Source: Planctomycetota bacterium (GTDB lineage Bacteria; Planctomycetota; SZUA-567; H5-PLA8). From it: DNA of 40,546 nucleotides. Below, one piece after another: positions 1 to 8,319 of this stretch. Positions within the stretch are counted from its first letter, which is position 1; the number at the start of each line of letters is the position of its first letter. The notes under the pieces are model-generated. The model made no database searches. It had not been told where the DNA came from and worked only from the letters and a program-made list of their open reading frames with translations. Both the position numbers and the translations under genes were made by a program. The stretch covers positions 1 to 40,546 of the forward strand of contig JAZDLP010000087.1 of assembly GCA_043801885.1 (NCBI GenBank). Direction: 5' to 3'.

Positions 1-191
1 CTTACGGTCACGCATTGAATGCCATGCGATTCCCAAAACGGCAACCATTTCGCGCGGTGGGAATATGTCTCGCTCCGTTCATGTGTGGTATCTGAATGAA
101 TCGCCACGTCCACGCGCGGCAAGTCGCCAAAGGCAACCATCGCCTTGAGTGTGTTTGATTGTACGCCCTCACCGTCAGAAATTGTTATCAT
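1..191 (-). CDS. hypothetical protein, N-terminal part only (gene runs off the left edge); loosely PP-loop/PAPS-reductase-like
   Basis: ATG at 191..189 is preceded by a GAGGGAGGG Shine-Dalgarno. The frame is open to position 1. The translation MITISDGEGVQSNTLKAMVAFGDLPRVDVAIHSDTTHERSETYSH only loosely recalls the SGGxxS...DTGxE..ET pattern of phage PAPS-reductase-like proteins (from memory, not searched). Confidence 0.45.
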   Translation of the reverse strand, partial: MITISDGEGVQSNTLKAMVAFGDLPRVDVAIHSDTTHERSETYSHRAKWLPFWESHGIQCVTV

Positions 192-202
192 CCCGCCCTC
201 CC

Positions 203-403
203 TCACTCGCCCACCACGTTTTCGATCCGCAGCGCGATGCGCCGCTTAACGACTGGATTCACGAACCGCCAGTTCGCCGTCACGGCTGCACCCCGCCGAA
301 TATCACAGAGCGTCATTCCCGCCGTGAGCAGGAGTTGCACGCGGTCGGGGTAGTCAAGGTCATCCCACTGGTTCACAATCTTAATTACTGCTTCATGTTC
401 CAT
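203..403 (-). CDS. hypothetical protein (66 aa)
   Basis: ORF track. The ATG shares one base with the stop of the upstream gene (TGATG), the coupling pattern seen throughout this operon. Confidence 0.5.
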   Translation of the reverse strand: MEHEAVIKIVNQWDDLDYPDRVQLLLTAGMTLCDIRRGAAVTANWRFVNPVVKRRIALRIENVVGE

Positions 404-612
404 CAGGAAATGCTCTTCGCGGTTCCGTCAATAACGACTGGTGCATCGCCGCGCAATTCAAATTTACCCGTCGGGCAATCCTCCACATTGCATGGATGTA
501 GTCTCCAGCGTGTAATCGGAAAATCATTCAGCGGCATCAACTCACAGCGCGGATCGTCGTCAGTGCCGGCGAGTATGCGGTCTTTGCAATACCGTAAAGA
601 GTGAATGTCCAT
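403..612 (-). CDS. hypothetical Cys-containing protein (69 aa)
   Basis: Internal ATG at 612 is preceded by GGGGGAGGGAAACG. The longer 403..696 form has no SD. Confidence 0.55.
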   Translation of the reverse strand: MDIHSLRYCKDRILAGTDDDPRCELMPLNDFPITRWRLHPCNVEDCPTGKFELRGDAPVVIDGTAKSIS

Positions 613-662
613 CGTTTCCCTCCCCCTGCCGCACGACCCTCGCCGCGCGGTCACTTCGTGCA

Positions 663-983
663 TTAGGCATTGCCACCATCCGGGCAGTAGTGGCATTTGC
701 CACCAACGCTCAGATTACCGCACGATTCGCAATGGTACACGTCCGACAGGATGATCGCGGTCGAGTATTTTGGTGGCAAATATCGGATTGCCACTACCCC
801 GCCCGACTTCCTGTAATCGTGCAGGGCTTGCTGGACAATTTCGATCCATTGTGCGGGAGTAAGAGCGGCAATTTTTCTGGTAGGCGGCTTGACGTTCTGG
901 AGCGAGAGTTCCAAATCTGCCGCCATAGCGAGACTCTCGCCGCTTGCCACTACCGCGTCGCCAGCCCCAATACTTGCCACCAT
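663..983 (-). CDS. hypothetical protein with C-terminal CxxC...CxxC zinc-ribbon-like motif
   Basis: ORF track. The C-terminus reads YHCESCGNLSVGGKCHYCPDGG. The start is uncertain (983 or ATG at 926). Its translation looks more protein-like than the overlapping ORF 715..1092. Confidence 0.5.
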   Translation of the reverse strand: MVASIGAGDAVVASGESLAMAADLELSLQNVKPPTRKIAALTPAQWIEIVQQALHDYRKSGGVVAIRYLPPKYSTAIILSDVYHCESCGNLSVGGKCHYCPDGGNA

Positions 984-1086
984 TCTTGACCTCGATTCGC
1001 CAGTTTAGCGTAGACAGATTGCCACTATCTTTTGGCGCATCTGCCACCAATTCCAGACTTGCCACCAAGTCGGCGTCTGGTGGCAA
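670..1086. repeat. array of 11 copies of the 9-bp motif TTGCCAC(C/T)A (iteron-like)
   Basis: Read directly. Plus-orientation copies start at 670, 697, 788, 944, 974, 1019, 1041 (CTGCCACCA) and 1059. Reverse-orientation copies are at 688 (ATGCCACTA), 771 and 1078. Confidence 0.85.
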
Positions 1087-1124
1087 ATCCATCTCTGCCG
1101 CGCCTTCGACTGGCGCGGCTTTGG

Positions 1125-1844
1125 TTAGTTTGGGCTTGTCGGGTCCTTGCCGTTACCACTAACGCGTTCGGTCTCTGCGACTGGGATGCGCTCAACCTCG
1201 TTTTTTCGAAACGTGATTTTTGCTGCCTGACCCGCAACATCCTGCGCTGCCCGCGCCGCCAACTGACGAGCACCCCCCAAGATTGCTTGTTGATTCACAG
1301 GATCGTCAATCTCGGTTTGCATTTGGATCGCCATCGCATTGATTGAGGAGACTCTCGCTTCAAGCGCCACGTTTGCCAGCTTCAACTCTGCATCACGGAT
1401 TTTGGCATTGGGATCGGTGGAATAGATCATGTACGCACCCACTGCCGCAACAATCATAATGAGTGCGGGCGCGGCAAACGTGCGGTAGAAAGTCCACAGG
1501 GCGTCTAGCGATGAGGTATTCCCCCAAACCACAGAGTTCAGGATCAGGACAGCCAGCATGACTATGTGGCTGATCAGCGACCACATCCGCTGGTCACCGG
1601 CGGTACTACGCGCACACATGAGCGAGCCAAACGAAAAGACCTCGCCGGTAGCAGCTGCGATTCCGCCAATGATAAGCAACATCCCCGACAGACCCATCAC
1701 AAGCAACGGAATGTTGTGTGAGAGAGTCCAAAGATGGATGAACACCTCGACTAACACGATGAACGCGAAAATCTCATTTCCGCGATACCGTGCCTTCGCT
1801 TCCTTCAGAAGTTGTCCGGGTGTTTTGGTAAGTGTGTCCGACAT
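1125..1844 (-). CDS. integral membrane protein (about 5 TM segments) with C-terminal coiled-coil-like tail
   Basis: ATG at 1844 is preceded by GAAGGGGGAAAA. Hydrophobic stretches include IFAFIVLVEVFIHLW, LLVMGLSGMLLIIGGIAAA, ISHIVMLAVLILNSVVW and ALIMIVAAVGAYMIY. Confidence 0.7.
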   Translation of the reverse strand: MSDTLTKTPGQLLKEAKARYRGNEIFAFIVLVEVFIHLWTLSHNIPLLVMGLSGMLLIIGGIAAATGEVFSFGSLMCARSTAGDQRMWSLISHIVMLAVLILNSVVWGNTSSLDALWTFYRTFAAPALIMIVAAVGAYMIYSTDPNAKIRDAELKLANVALEARVSSINAMAIQMQTEIDDPVNQQAILGGARQLAARAAQDVAGQAAKITFRKNEVERIPVAETERVSGNGKDPTSPN

Positions 1845-1937
1845 TTTTCCCCCTTCTTGGCAGGAACAGGTTAGTCCCGTTCGCTGCAATCACAAACCAT
1901 TCGATATTGTTGCCTCGCCCACGTCTCACTACACAAG

Positions 1938-2168
1938 TCACCTCACAAACGCGGGCAGCATAATCAGCGCAGACAGAATCGCGAACAGTCCGACCGCAAT
2001 CGCACCAAAGAATCCGCCCCACGCGCGCTCTTTGCGTGATGGCGCTCCAATGATAAAGCCACCCCGCCTCATTTTCTCGCGCGCTTTTTCGTTAGGACAG
2101 ACGAGTCCCCACATAAACCACGCCGCCCACATCACGACAAGCGTTCCGACTAGAATCATTTCACCCAC
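1938..2168 (-). CDS. small membrane protein (76 aa, 2 TM)
   Basis: ORF track. The start abuts the stop of the upstream gene. Hydrophobic segments are ILVGTLVVMWAAWFMWGLV and FFGAIAVGLFAILSALIML. Confidence 0.6.
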   Translation of the reverse strand: MGEMILVGTLVVMWAAWFMWGLVCPNEKAREKMRRGGFIIGAPSRKERAWGGFFGAIAVGLFAILSALIMLPAFVR

Positions 2169-2327
2169 TCAGCGCGCCGGTCCGTGAATCTCGATATAGA
2201 TAATCGCGATGAGAAACAATGCAACGACCTTCCAGAATGGGAACGGAATAACCAACTCAAACGCTGGAGTCGTGATGTAAAACTCCAAATTGATTCTTCC
2301 GCCAATCCACTCTACAAGATTTTTCAT
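2169..2327 (-). CDS. small membrane protein (52 aa)
   Basis: ATG at 2327 is preceded by AGGAG and forms an ATGA overlap with the upstream stop. C-terminal hydrophobic segment: FWKVVALFLIAIIYI. Confidence 0.55.
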   Translation of the reverse strand: MKNLVEWIGGRINLEFYITTPAFELVIPFPFWKVVALFLIAIIYIEIHGPAR

Positions 2328-2539
2328 TTCGCCAACTCCTGCAATCCCCGCGCCGCGACCTTGCCGAACACGTCGAGCCACGGCACATCGGGCGCGAGAT
2401 ACAGCGCCGCCAGCACGACGATGACAACGAGCACGATCAGCATAATCGCCAAGTCGCGGTTGTGCGCGGCTTGTTTGCGGTTATGGACACTGCGCCAGGA
2501 CTGATAGTACCCGTGATCCCTATGATGCGGATGATACAT
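2324..2539 (-). CDS. small membrane protein (71 aa, His-rich N-terminus, 1 TM)
   Basis: ORF track. TM segment LAIMLIVLVVIVVLAALYLA. Start and stop overlaps on both sides. Confidence 0.6.
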   Translation of the reverse strand: MYHPHHRDHGYYQSWRSVHNRKQAAHNRDLAIMLIVLVVIVVLAALYLAPDVPWLDVFGKVAARGLQELAK

Positions 2540-2871
2540 CAGAATATTCCCCCATCCCCTGGACTTCCCACCTCAATGCGATTCTGCCCAATGCCGGTTT
2601 CGCCAAGAAAAAGAATGTCCTCATCATAGTTTTGCAACAGCGTGGGGTAAACATATTTCGCCCGGCGCAGGGCTTCGTCGATTGTATCCAGTGCCTCAAG
2701 GACGCCGCCGTAGATTTTATTATTCAACGCGACGCCGCCGTCACGCAAGATACCGGCAAGTCCTTCGTTGTCAAAATTCTCGTCCTGCTCAATCCAGATG
2801 TGCCCATCCATACCAACCAGGTATGCGCCCATTTGTCCAAGCGCGAGTAGCCGCCTTGCCAATGTGTCCAT
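2539..2871 (-). CDS. hypothetical protein (110 aa)
   Basis: ATG at 2871 overlaps the upstream stop by one base (TGATG). The longer track ORF starts in an Arg/Gly-rich stretch. Confidence 0.6.
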   Translation of the reverse strand: MDTLARRLLALGQMGAYLVGMDGHIWIEQDENFDNEGLAGILRDGGVALNNKIYGGVLEALDTIDEALRRAKYVYPTLLQNYDEDILFLGETGIGQNRIEVGSPGDGGIF

Positions 2872-3080
2872 CACGCGCCGCCTTCCGTGTCCGCGTCCTT
2901 CGGCTCCATCACGCCCACACACTTGAAAATCAAGAACGTGTCGCGCGGCTGTGCCTCGGAAAGCCGCAGCGCTTCAGCGCGCGCTTCGTCAAGCGTCGCG
3001 TGTTCTTTCGTCGCGCGGAGTACGCGCCCCGCCTTGACCACGATAAATGTTTCCTTCATTTTTCCCTCCGCCTGTTTCAT
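2871..3080 (-). CDS. hypothetical protein (69 aa)
   Basis: ORF track; overlapping start and stop codons with its neighbours. Confidence 0.55.
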   Translation of the reverse strand: MKQAEGKMKETFIVVKAGRVLRATKEHATLDEARAEALRLSEAQPRDTFLIFKCVGVMEPKDADTEGGA

Positions 3081-3319
3081 CTTGCAATCTCCGCGTATCG
3101 GTCAACAAACTTTCGTAGCGCCGCAATCGTCAGTGTCGCCGCGACTCGCCCCGTTCCCAGCGCGCCCGGTAGCCCCGTGATTCGCTCGGCTTGTCGCGCC
3201 GGCAGACACAACACGATTTCCTTCTGCTCGAACAGCGGGCAATCTGTGCAGGTCAATCGTTCGCACTCCTCGAAGCACCCGAAGTCGATGGCGGTTCCGC
3301 CCGGCGCGTGTTCAATCAT
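3077..3319 (-). CDS. hypothetical Cys-rich protein (80 aa)
   Basis: ORF track; contains CFEECERLTCTDCPLF; ATGA-type overlaps. Confidence 0.55.
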   Translation of the reverse strand: MIEHAPGGTAIDFGCFEECERLTCTDCPLFEQKEIVLCLPARQAERITGLPGALGTGRVAATLTIAALRKFVDRYAEIAR

Positions 3320-4017
3320 GCCATCACCAACGCGGGTTGCTTCTGTGCATCCGCGATGCGCCTCTGCGCGATGGCGAAGTAGTCAAGATTGATTTCCATG
3401 CCAATAAAATTGCGATTCAGTTTGACGCACGCCACGCCCGTTGTGCCGCTACCCATGAACGGGTCAAGAATGGTATCGCCTTCGTTGGTAAGTGTTGCGA
3501 TAAGAGTGATTATGTTTGGCAGGTATTTCTCTGTGGGGTGTTCGGTTTCGCCGTGTCCGCCGTTTGCCTCAAGGAATGCCTCCTCGAATTTGTGCATGCG
3601 ATGAAACGTCCACTTGCCACGCGCTCCCCATAGTCCAAACTCAAAAGAACTGACAAACATTCTGTCTCGATTCGTCGGAACGGGGTTTCTTTTCTTAATC
3701 ACAATTGGACGCTTGGCGTTAATTCCGTTCGCCTGCAGGCACTCCGCGATTAGTCCTAGATTCTGCCAAGAATTAAATATGACGATATTGGAGTCCACCT
3801 TCAATTTCGGCGCGGCACGGGCAATCCAATCGGTTTGATTAAACCCCTTGTCCCATTCCCCGAAATCAATCCCCTTGTAGGAATTGTATCGCTCCATTGT
3901 GGCAAAGTTGTTTTCGCGACTCACGTTGTACGGCGGGTCAGTAATCACCGCGTCCACGCTCGCATCGGGCATCTCGCGCATCAGTTCAAGGCAATCGCCT
4001 AGCCGCAAATCAATCAT
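3316..4017 (-). CDS. DNA methyltransferase, beta-class amino-MTase (N6-adenine or N4-cytosine)
   Basis: Motif IV ITDPPYNV lies near the N-terminus. Motif I ILDPFMGSGTTGVA plus HPTEK lie near the C-terminus. This is the same order as CcrM/HinfI-type enzymes. Confidence 0.9.
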   Translation of the reverse strand: MIDLRLGDCLELMREMPDASVDAVITDPPYNVSRENNFATMERYNSYKGIDFGEWDKGFNQTDWIARAAPKLKVDSNIVIFNSWQNLGLIAECLQANGINAKRPIVIKKRNPVPTNRDRMFVSSFEFGLWGARGKWTFHRMHKFEEAFLEANGGHGETEHPTEKYLPNIITLIATLTNEGDTILDPFMGSGTTGVACVKLNRNFIGMEINLDYFAIAQRRIADAQKQPALVMA

Positions 4018-4463
4018 CGCTGCACCGCCTCGGCGTACTCGCCGTCAAACCACGCCTTCGGCTTTCCGCGTGCATATTCCGCGACAATCTTCCCAACCAG
4101 CGCATACGGGTCAACCTGCAACGCCCATCGCTCGAACCATTCCAAGAGGCATAGCCGATCAACTGCCTCGCCTAGTCCCTTCGCGTCGCCCTTGCATTGC
4201 GTGAGAACGGCGACCGCTGCCGCGCGGGACTTCGGCATTCGCTCCCGCGTCGATCCGCATAGTTTCGCCAAGTCATCGGCGACCAAATCGATCAGTCCCT
4301 TGTCGTCTCTCCACGCGTTCGGGTCCGCGACGTTTGCGTCGTAGTCAGATTGATGCTCTGTGCATGCCGTTCGCGTCAGCGGTACGCCCGCGCGATAAAC
4401 GCTGTGGTCGATAATGTCTTGCCAGTCTACGGGTATGGATGTATCGGCTGTTACTGTGCTCAT
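4014..4463 (-). CDS. hypothetical protein (149 aa)
   Basis: ORF track; 4-nt overlaps with both neighbours. Confidence 0.6.
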   Translation of the reverse strand: MSTVTADTSIPVDWQDIIDHSVYRAGVPLTRTACTEHQSDYDANVADPNAWRDDKGLIDLVADDLAKLCGSTRERMPKSRAAAVAVLTQCKGDAKGLGEAVDRLCLLEWFERWALQVDPYALVGKIVAEYARGKPKAWFDGEYAEAVQR

Positions 4464-4942
4464 GGTTTCACCTCGAACTGCGTCTGCCGCATCGCGTCGT
4501 GGTCAAGCGCAACAGACACGCGCGCTTCACCGCCGTGCTTGCGACCATAATCAGCGGGTATCTCGCCCCACGCTTGGGTATCCCATGCTAGTACCTTGGA
4601 GTGCTTAGGGTGATTCGCCAGCCATGTCTCGGCGTGCCTAATCATTGCAGCAAGTTCTATATTATACGTATGGTGCTTCGTATTGAATCGCTTTTTAGCA
4701 ATCCACGTCCGCGCCGTGAAGGAATCAGAGTAGACCGGATCGGTGCGGTTGTGTTTCGCAAGCCACGCCAGCGCGTGTACGATCGCGAGTGCCTCGCCGA
4801 TGTTGTTTGTGCCATCTGGATATTGCTTGTTGGCAAATATCTGTTTGCCCGTTGCAATATCCACAATACACCATTCGATAATGCCGGGGTTGCCTTGCGT
4901 TCCTACATCTACCGCAATCCCGCTGGTTGGTTTGCTACTCAT
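4460..4942 (-). CDS. RNase H-like protein
   Basis: ATG at 4942 is preceded by CAGGAGG. GIAVDVGTQGNPG ... TNNIGEALAIVHAL ... YSDSFTA resembles the D-E-D catalytic pattern of RNase HI. Confidence 0.6.
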   Translation of the reverse strand: MSSKPTSGIAVDVGTQGNPGIIEWCIVDIATGKQIFANKQYPDGTNNIGEALAIVHALAWLAKHNRTDPVYSDSFTARTWIAKKRFNTKHHTYNIELAAMIRHAETWLANHPKHSKVLAWDTQAWGEIPADYGRKHGGEARVSVALDHDAMRQTQFEVKP

Positions 4943-5074
4943 TCTGCGTGCCTCCTGTTTTGGTTGGCTCGTTAAATGCAAAGCAAGGAAACGGCTAGAA
5001 ACGCTTTCCCCCATTGCTGGGGGATTGCAGATTGCACGAGCTGAGGTATCCGTGTAGTTTCCTGCTCAATCGGC

Positions 5075-5266
5075 TTATCCTTGCGGTCGCGCCCTGGTCA
5101 CTCTGTAACGCTTCCCGATTGCCCTGCGGATCCAAAATCCGCGCGTGACGGGATGTGTGGACTGCTTATTTGTCCACGCAGTGGGTTCGGCGTCATGATC
5201 ATACTGCATTGAGAGTCCGATTTGAACGGATGGATGAAGGCGCGAACGCTTTGATCCCTGGGTCAT
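5075..5266 (-). CDS. questionable small ORF (63 aa, basic)
   Basis: ORF track only. No convincing SD. It lies in an otherwise coding-poor 367-bp gap. Confidence 0.25.
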   Translation of the reverse strand: MTQGSKRSRLHPSVQIGLSMQYDHDAEPTAWTNKQSTHPVTRGFWIRRAIGKRYRVTRARPQG

Positions 5267-5381
5267 CCCAATGCCGCCGTTTGGTTCACTACGTTTTGCG
5301 CTCCCCTACGGGTTGGCTTCGCGCTAAGTTCTTTGACAGATGCTAATCGCCGTAGCAGCGCCGCATCTTTTATGTGGCGTG

Positions 5382-5624
5382 CTACTCCCAAACAATCTTT
5401 TTGATTTTTACGCGTGCTTCGTCAATTCGTTGTGGCAGAACGGTTTTCGGTGGAATTGGCTTGGCTTCGCGTCGCTCTGCTTGCTCTGCGGCATAATCGG
5501 ATTTGTCTTGCGCCGTGCCGAATCGTTCAATAAAACACTTTTGGCAACACCTAGATACCTGTGCCTTGAGGTGTAACCCCGGTGTTTCTTCAAGCAAATG
5601 CCCACAGAATTTACAGCCAGACAT
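5382..5624 (-). CDS. small zinc-ribbon-like protein (80 aa)
   Basis: Contains CKFCGH ... CCQKC. Overlaps the upstream gene by 14 nt. Confidence 0.55.
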   Translation of the reverse strand: MSGCKFCGHLLEETPGLHLKAQVSRCCQKCFIERFGTAQDKSDYAAEQAERREAKPIPPKTVLPQRIDEARVKIKKIVWE

Positions 5625-6000
5625 TATCGTCCTCTCCGAAGAAAACCTCTACCTGATCTACTCTCAAAGCGAACCGCTTTCGCAGTTCCGCCTTAAGGCA
5701 TTGGGGACAGAGACAATTTTCATTGACGCGCGAGGTATCCGCACCGTGTGCATTCAAAGTAACGTCCGTTCCATTCTGAGAGCGCTTGGCACTTGGGGCA
5801 ATTGCTAGTCGCCACAAGGCAACGCATTGCCGATAGTAATTTTTTGAGCATGTCACGCACCATCCTTTCGGAATATCGATATTGCCAGACTTAGGAGAAA
5901 TCGAGTAACCATCATTGCGCGCCGCAAACCACAGGGCGTTTGTTCGGAGAAACCGATACGCCGCCCAGCCTGCATCCGGCGCAATGATTGAATCGATCAC
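5611..6000 (-). CDS. hypothetical protein (129 aa, GTG start)
   Basis: ORF track. The start codon reads GTG on the minus strand. Confidence 0.5.
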   Translation of the reverse strand: MIDSIIAPDAGWAAYRFLRTNALWFAARNDGYSISPKSGNIDIPKGWCVTCSKNYYRQCVALWRLAIAPSAKRSQNGTDVTLNAHGADTSRVNENCLCPQCLKAELRKRFALRVDQVEVFFGEDDNVWL

Positions 6001-6153
6001 GCCGCCTCGTCGTCATCGGACATTGCGGCTTGGACTGAATCCCAGTACAGGATTTGTGATAGCCACACTCCGCCCGCCACGCTTTTCATCACACGCGCCA
6101 GGTACGGATGATACGCAATCGGTCGGTCGCCAAGAATAATTCTAAGTACTCGC

Positions 6154-8049
6154 CTATTCATTCTTGCTCCTGTTTTTGACGCGCTCGATCAACTCGCGCG
6201 CCATAGAATATTTCGATTTGTCGTCATCCAGCACGCCATCGCTCGCCGCGTCTACCGTGCTGCGCTTGGTCGCAATCAGGTCATAGATGTCCTCGTCGAT
6301 CGTGCCCTCACCAACGAGATACCAGGCGTTGACCGATTCGGTTTGCCCGATGCGATGCACGCGATCCTCTGCCTGATCCATCGTGCCGGGATTCCATCCA
6401 AACTCTACAAACGCGACGTTGCTCGCGGCGGTCAGTGTCAGTCCAAGTCCGCCGCTCTGGATATTTAGCACAATCAATTTGCACGCATCGTCATTCTGGA
6501 ATCGGTCAACCGCATTTTGAAGTACCTGTTTGTCCACGCCGCCGATGATGCAATCCACACGCGTTCCGAGTTCTGCGCTGAATGTCTGTGCGAGCGATTC
6601 GGCGGTATCGCGGTGCCACGCAAATAAAACGAGTTTGCCGTCGCTGTCCAGAAAGTTCTTGACCCATTCCGTCACCGCGTTCATTTTTCCGGCGGCGGCG
6701 AGTTGTTTCAATTCCTCGATGCGAACCAAGTGCGCACCGGGTTCGTCCGGGATTTCCGAATCTGCCAATTTGTCATATTCGCGGCGATTTGAGATTGTGA
6801 GCGGAACGATGCTGCGCTGTTTGGCGGGAAGTTCGGTCAGTACGTCTTTTTTCAATCGGCGGATGTAGCACGTTGCGCGCATCTTTTGATTGAGTTCGTC
6901 CAGGTGATAGCCGCCCTTTTCAAATCCGCGCCCCTGCACATAGCCGCAATAGCGATTTGCGATATTCCAGAATCCGCCCAGGTCGTCCAGGCGTCCGAGT
7001 ATTCCTAGTTGCGACAATAGTTCAGACGGATGATTGAGTAGCGGCGTGCCGCTCATTAGCAAACGATATTCAATCCCCTTCGCAATTGATTTCAGATGTT
7101 CGGTGCGTTGTGCCTTGTAATTTTTTACATAGTGGCATTCGTCTGATACCAGCATTCGGAATTTTATTGCAGACAATGATTCCAAAAACTTGCCCAAAAT
7201 ATCATAATTGACGATGATAATATCCGCGCTCTGCCAATCCTCGACGGTTTTGCCATTTAGCACAACGGCGCGTCGGTTCGGTATCCATTTGCGCGCCTCA
7301 CGTTGCCAGTTTAGTTTCAGCGACGCCGGGCAAACCACGAGTGCGGGGAACGCTTGCGCCGCTTGCATCGTGGCGAGAGCCTCGATTGTTTTCCCGAGAC
7401 CCATTTCATCCGCGATAAAAACGCGCTTGTTGGTGAGCGCATACGCCGTGCCACCGCGCTGGAATGGTCGGAGTTCCCCGCCCAGTCCCTCGATTTTGAT
7501 TTCCGCATCTACCGATGCGCTCGCGGCAACGTTCGCAGATTGTTTCGCGCTAAGGTTTTCAAACGCCGCCCGCGCTTTTTCGTCAATCTCAAAGTCAGGG
7601 AATCTGTCCACGCAGTTTTGAAACTGCGCGATTGGTGCAGTCCAAAACTTATTGTTGCCGTCGAAGCGGCGTCCCTCGATTCCGCGCACGCGGTCAACGA
7701 GTTTCGGATCGTATCCGAATTTGATAATGAGCGAGTTCGCGCCAAGTAAAATTTTGCCGTGTGTTTGGGGTTTCGGTTGTGGCGCAACCCGGGGAGTTAA
7801 ATTGTTGGTGAGAAGCGATTCGGGCGCGGGTAATTCAATGCCGCGCTTTTCGAGTTGCGCGGAATATTTCGTCAGCATTTTCAGCGCGGCAACACTCTGG
7901 TTCTCTGTCAGCGTTTGTCCACCGCGAATGCGCGCGGTGAGCGATTTGCCAAAAGCAGAATCGAATGCGTTGAATCCAGATGCGTCCAACGCCTGCGCGC
8001 CGTCGCATACGGAATCGAGATAGAGTAGTGCGTCATTGATTTGATTCAT
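6154..8049 (-). CDS. SNF2-family helicase/translocase with HARP-like N-terminal region
   Basis: Motifs seen: DEMGLGKT (I), VSDECHYVKN (II), MSGTPLLNHPSEL (III), QAEDRVHRIGQ (VI). The N-terminal segment IKFGYDPKLVDRVRGIEGRRFDGNNKFWTAP resembles a HARP annealing-helicase domain (from memory). Confidence 0.9.
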   Translation of the reverse strand: MNQINDALLYLDSVCDGAQALDASGFNAFDSAFGKSLTARIRGGQTLTENQSVAALKMLTKYSAQLEKRGIELPAPESLLTNNLTPRVAPQPKPQTHGKILLGANSLIIKFGYDPKLVDRVRGIEGRRFDGNNKFWTAPIAQFQNCVDRFPDFEIDEKARAAFENLSAKQSANVAASASVDAEIKIEGLGGELRPFQRGGTAYALTNKRVFIADEMGLGKTIEALATMQAAQAFPALVVCPASLKLNWQREARKWIPNRRAVVLNGKTVEDWQSADIIIVNYDILGKFLESLSAIKFRMLVSDECHYVKNYKAQRTEHLKSIAKGIEYRLLMSGTPLLNHPSELLSQLGILGRLDDLGGFWNIANRYCGYVQGRGFEKGGYHLDELNQKMRATCYIRRLKKDVLTELPAKQRSIVPLTISNRREYDKLADSEIPDEPGAHLVRIEELKQLAAAGKMNAVTEWVKNFLDSDGKLVLFAWHRDTAESLAQTFSAELGTRVDCIIGGVDKQVLQNAVDRFQNDDACKLIVLNIQSGGLGLTLTAASNVAFVEFGWNPGTMDQAEDRVHRIGQTESVNAWYLVGEGTIDEDIYDLIATKRSTVDAASDGVLDDDKSKYSMARELIERVKNRSKNE

Positions 8050-8094
8050 TAAAAATTCCTTGCTCTGTCTTGCGGGGCAATTCTGGCTGCATGG

Positions 8095-8319
8095 TCAAGT
8101 CGCCGCCTCCGCGTTTGCGTGGGACATATCGTCAAGCCACATTTCCTCGGCTGCCTCAATTGGCATAACCGCGTTCGGCATTTTGGCGACAAACTCAATT
8201 GCCGCATCGATCCCGTTACATGCCAGAATAGTTGCTGCCATCCGCACCTGCAACTCGGAAACATAGACTTGCTTTTGCCGTTCTCGAATCGCCGTAACAA
8301 GTTTCCGCGAATCACTCAT
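8095..8319 (-). CDS. hypothetical protein (74 aa)
   Basis: ORF track; ATGA-type overlap with the upstream gene. Confidence 0.55.
   Translation of the reverse strand: MSDSRKLVTAIRERQKQVYVSELQVRMAATILACNGIDAAIEFVAKMPNAVMPIEAAEEMWLDDMSHANAEAAT

Noticed and set aside
715-1092. 125-aa minus-strand ORF overlapping 663..983 in another frame.
   Set aside because: The translation is Arg/Gly/Trp-rich and low-complexity, much of it produced by reading the TTGCCACCA repeats. The 663..983 frame looks more protein-like. Neither frame is proven.
2682-3392. 236-aa plus-strand ORF. Similar long antisense or off-frame ORFs occur at 29055..29774 (+), 31294..32016 (+), 20090..20872 (-), 1558..2187 (+) and 26577..26777 (+).
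   Set aside because: They are Arg/Pro/Ala/Ser-rich, as expected for open off-frames in GC-rich coding DNA. They lack an SD, and each fully overlaps better-supported, translationally coupled genes.
3316-4017. The identical 17-aa string LTNEGDTILDPF(M/A)GSGTT in both methyltransferases, considered as evidence of a recent duplication.
   Set aside because: The underlying DNA differs at many positions. The string covers the conserved AdoMet-binding motif I of the family, so it most likely reflects family conservation.
5208-5272. tRNA-like fragment on the minus strand. It has a 7-bp acceptor-like pairing (ATTGGGA/TCTCAAT with one G-U) and a T-arm-like CCG-TTCAAAT-CGG.
   Set aside because: It is only 65 nt. 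It has no proper D-arm, its anticodon stem has a 6-nt loop and a mismatch, and the T-stem has 4 good pairs. It does not fold as a canonical cloverleaf by hand. tRNAscan-SE or Infernal would settle it.
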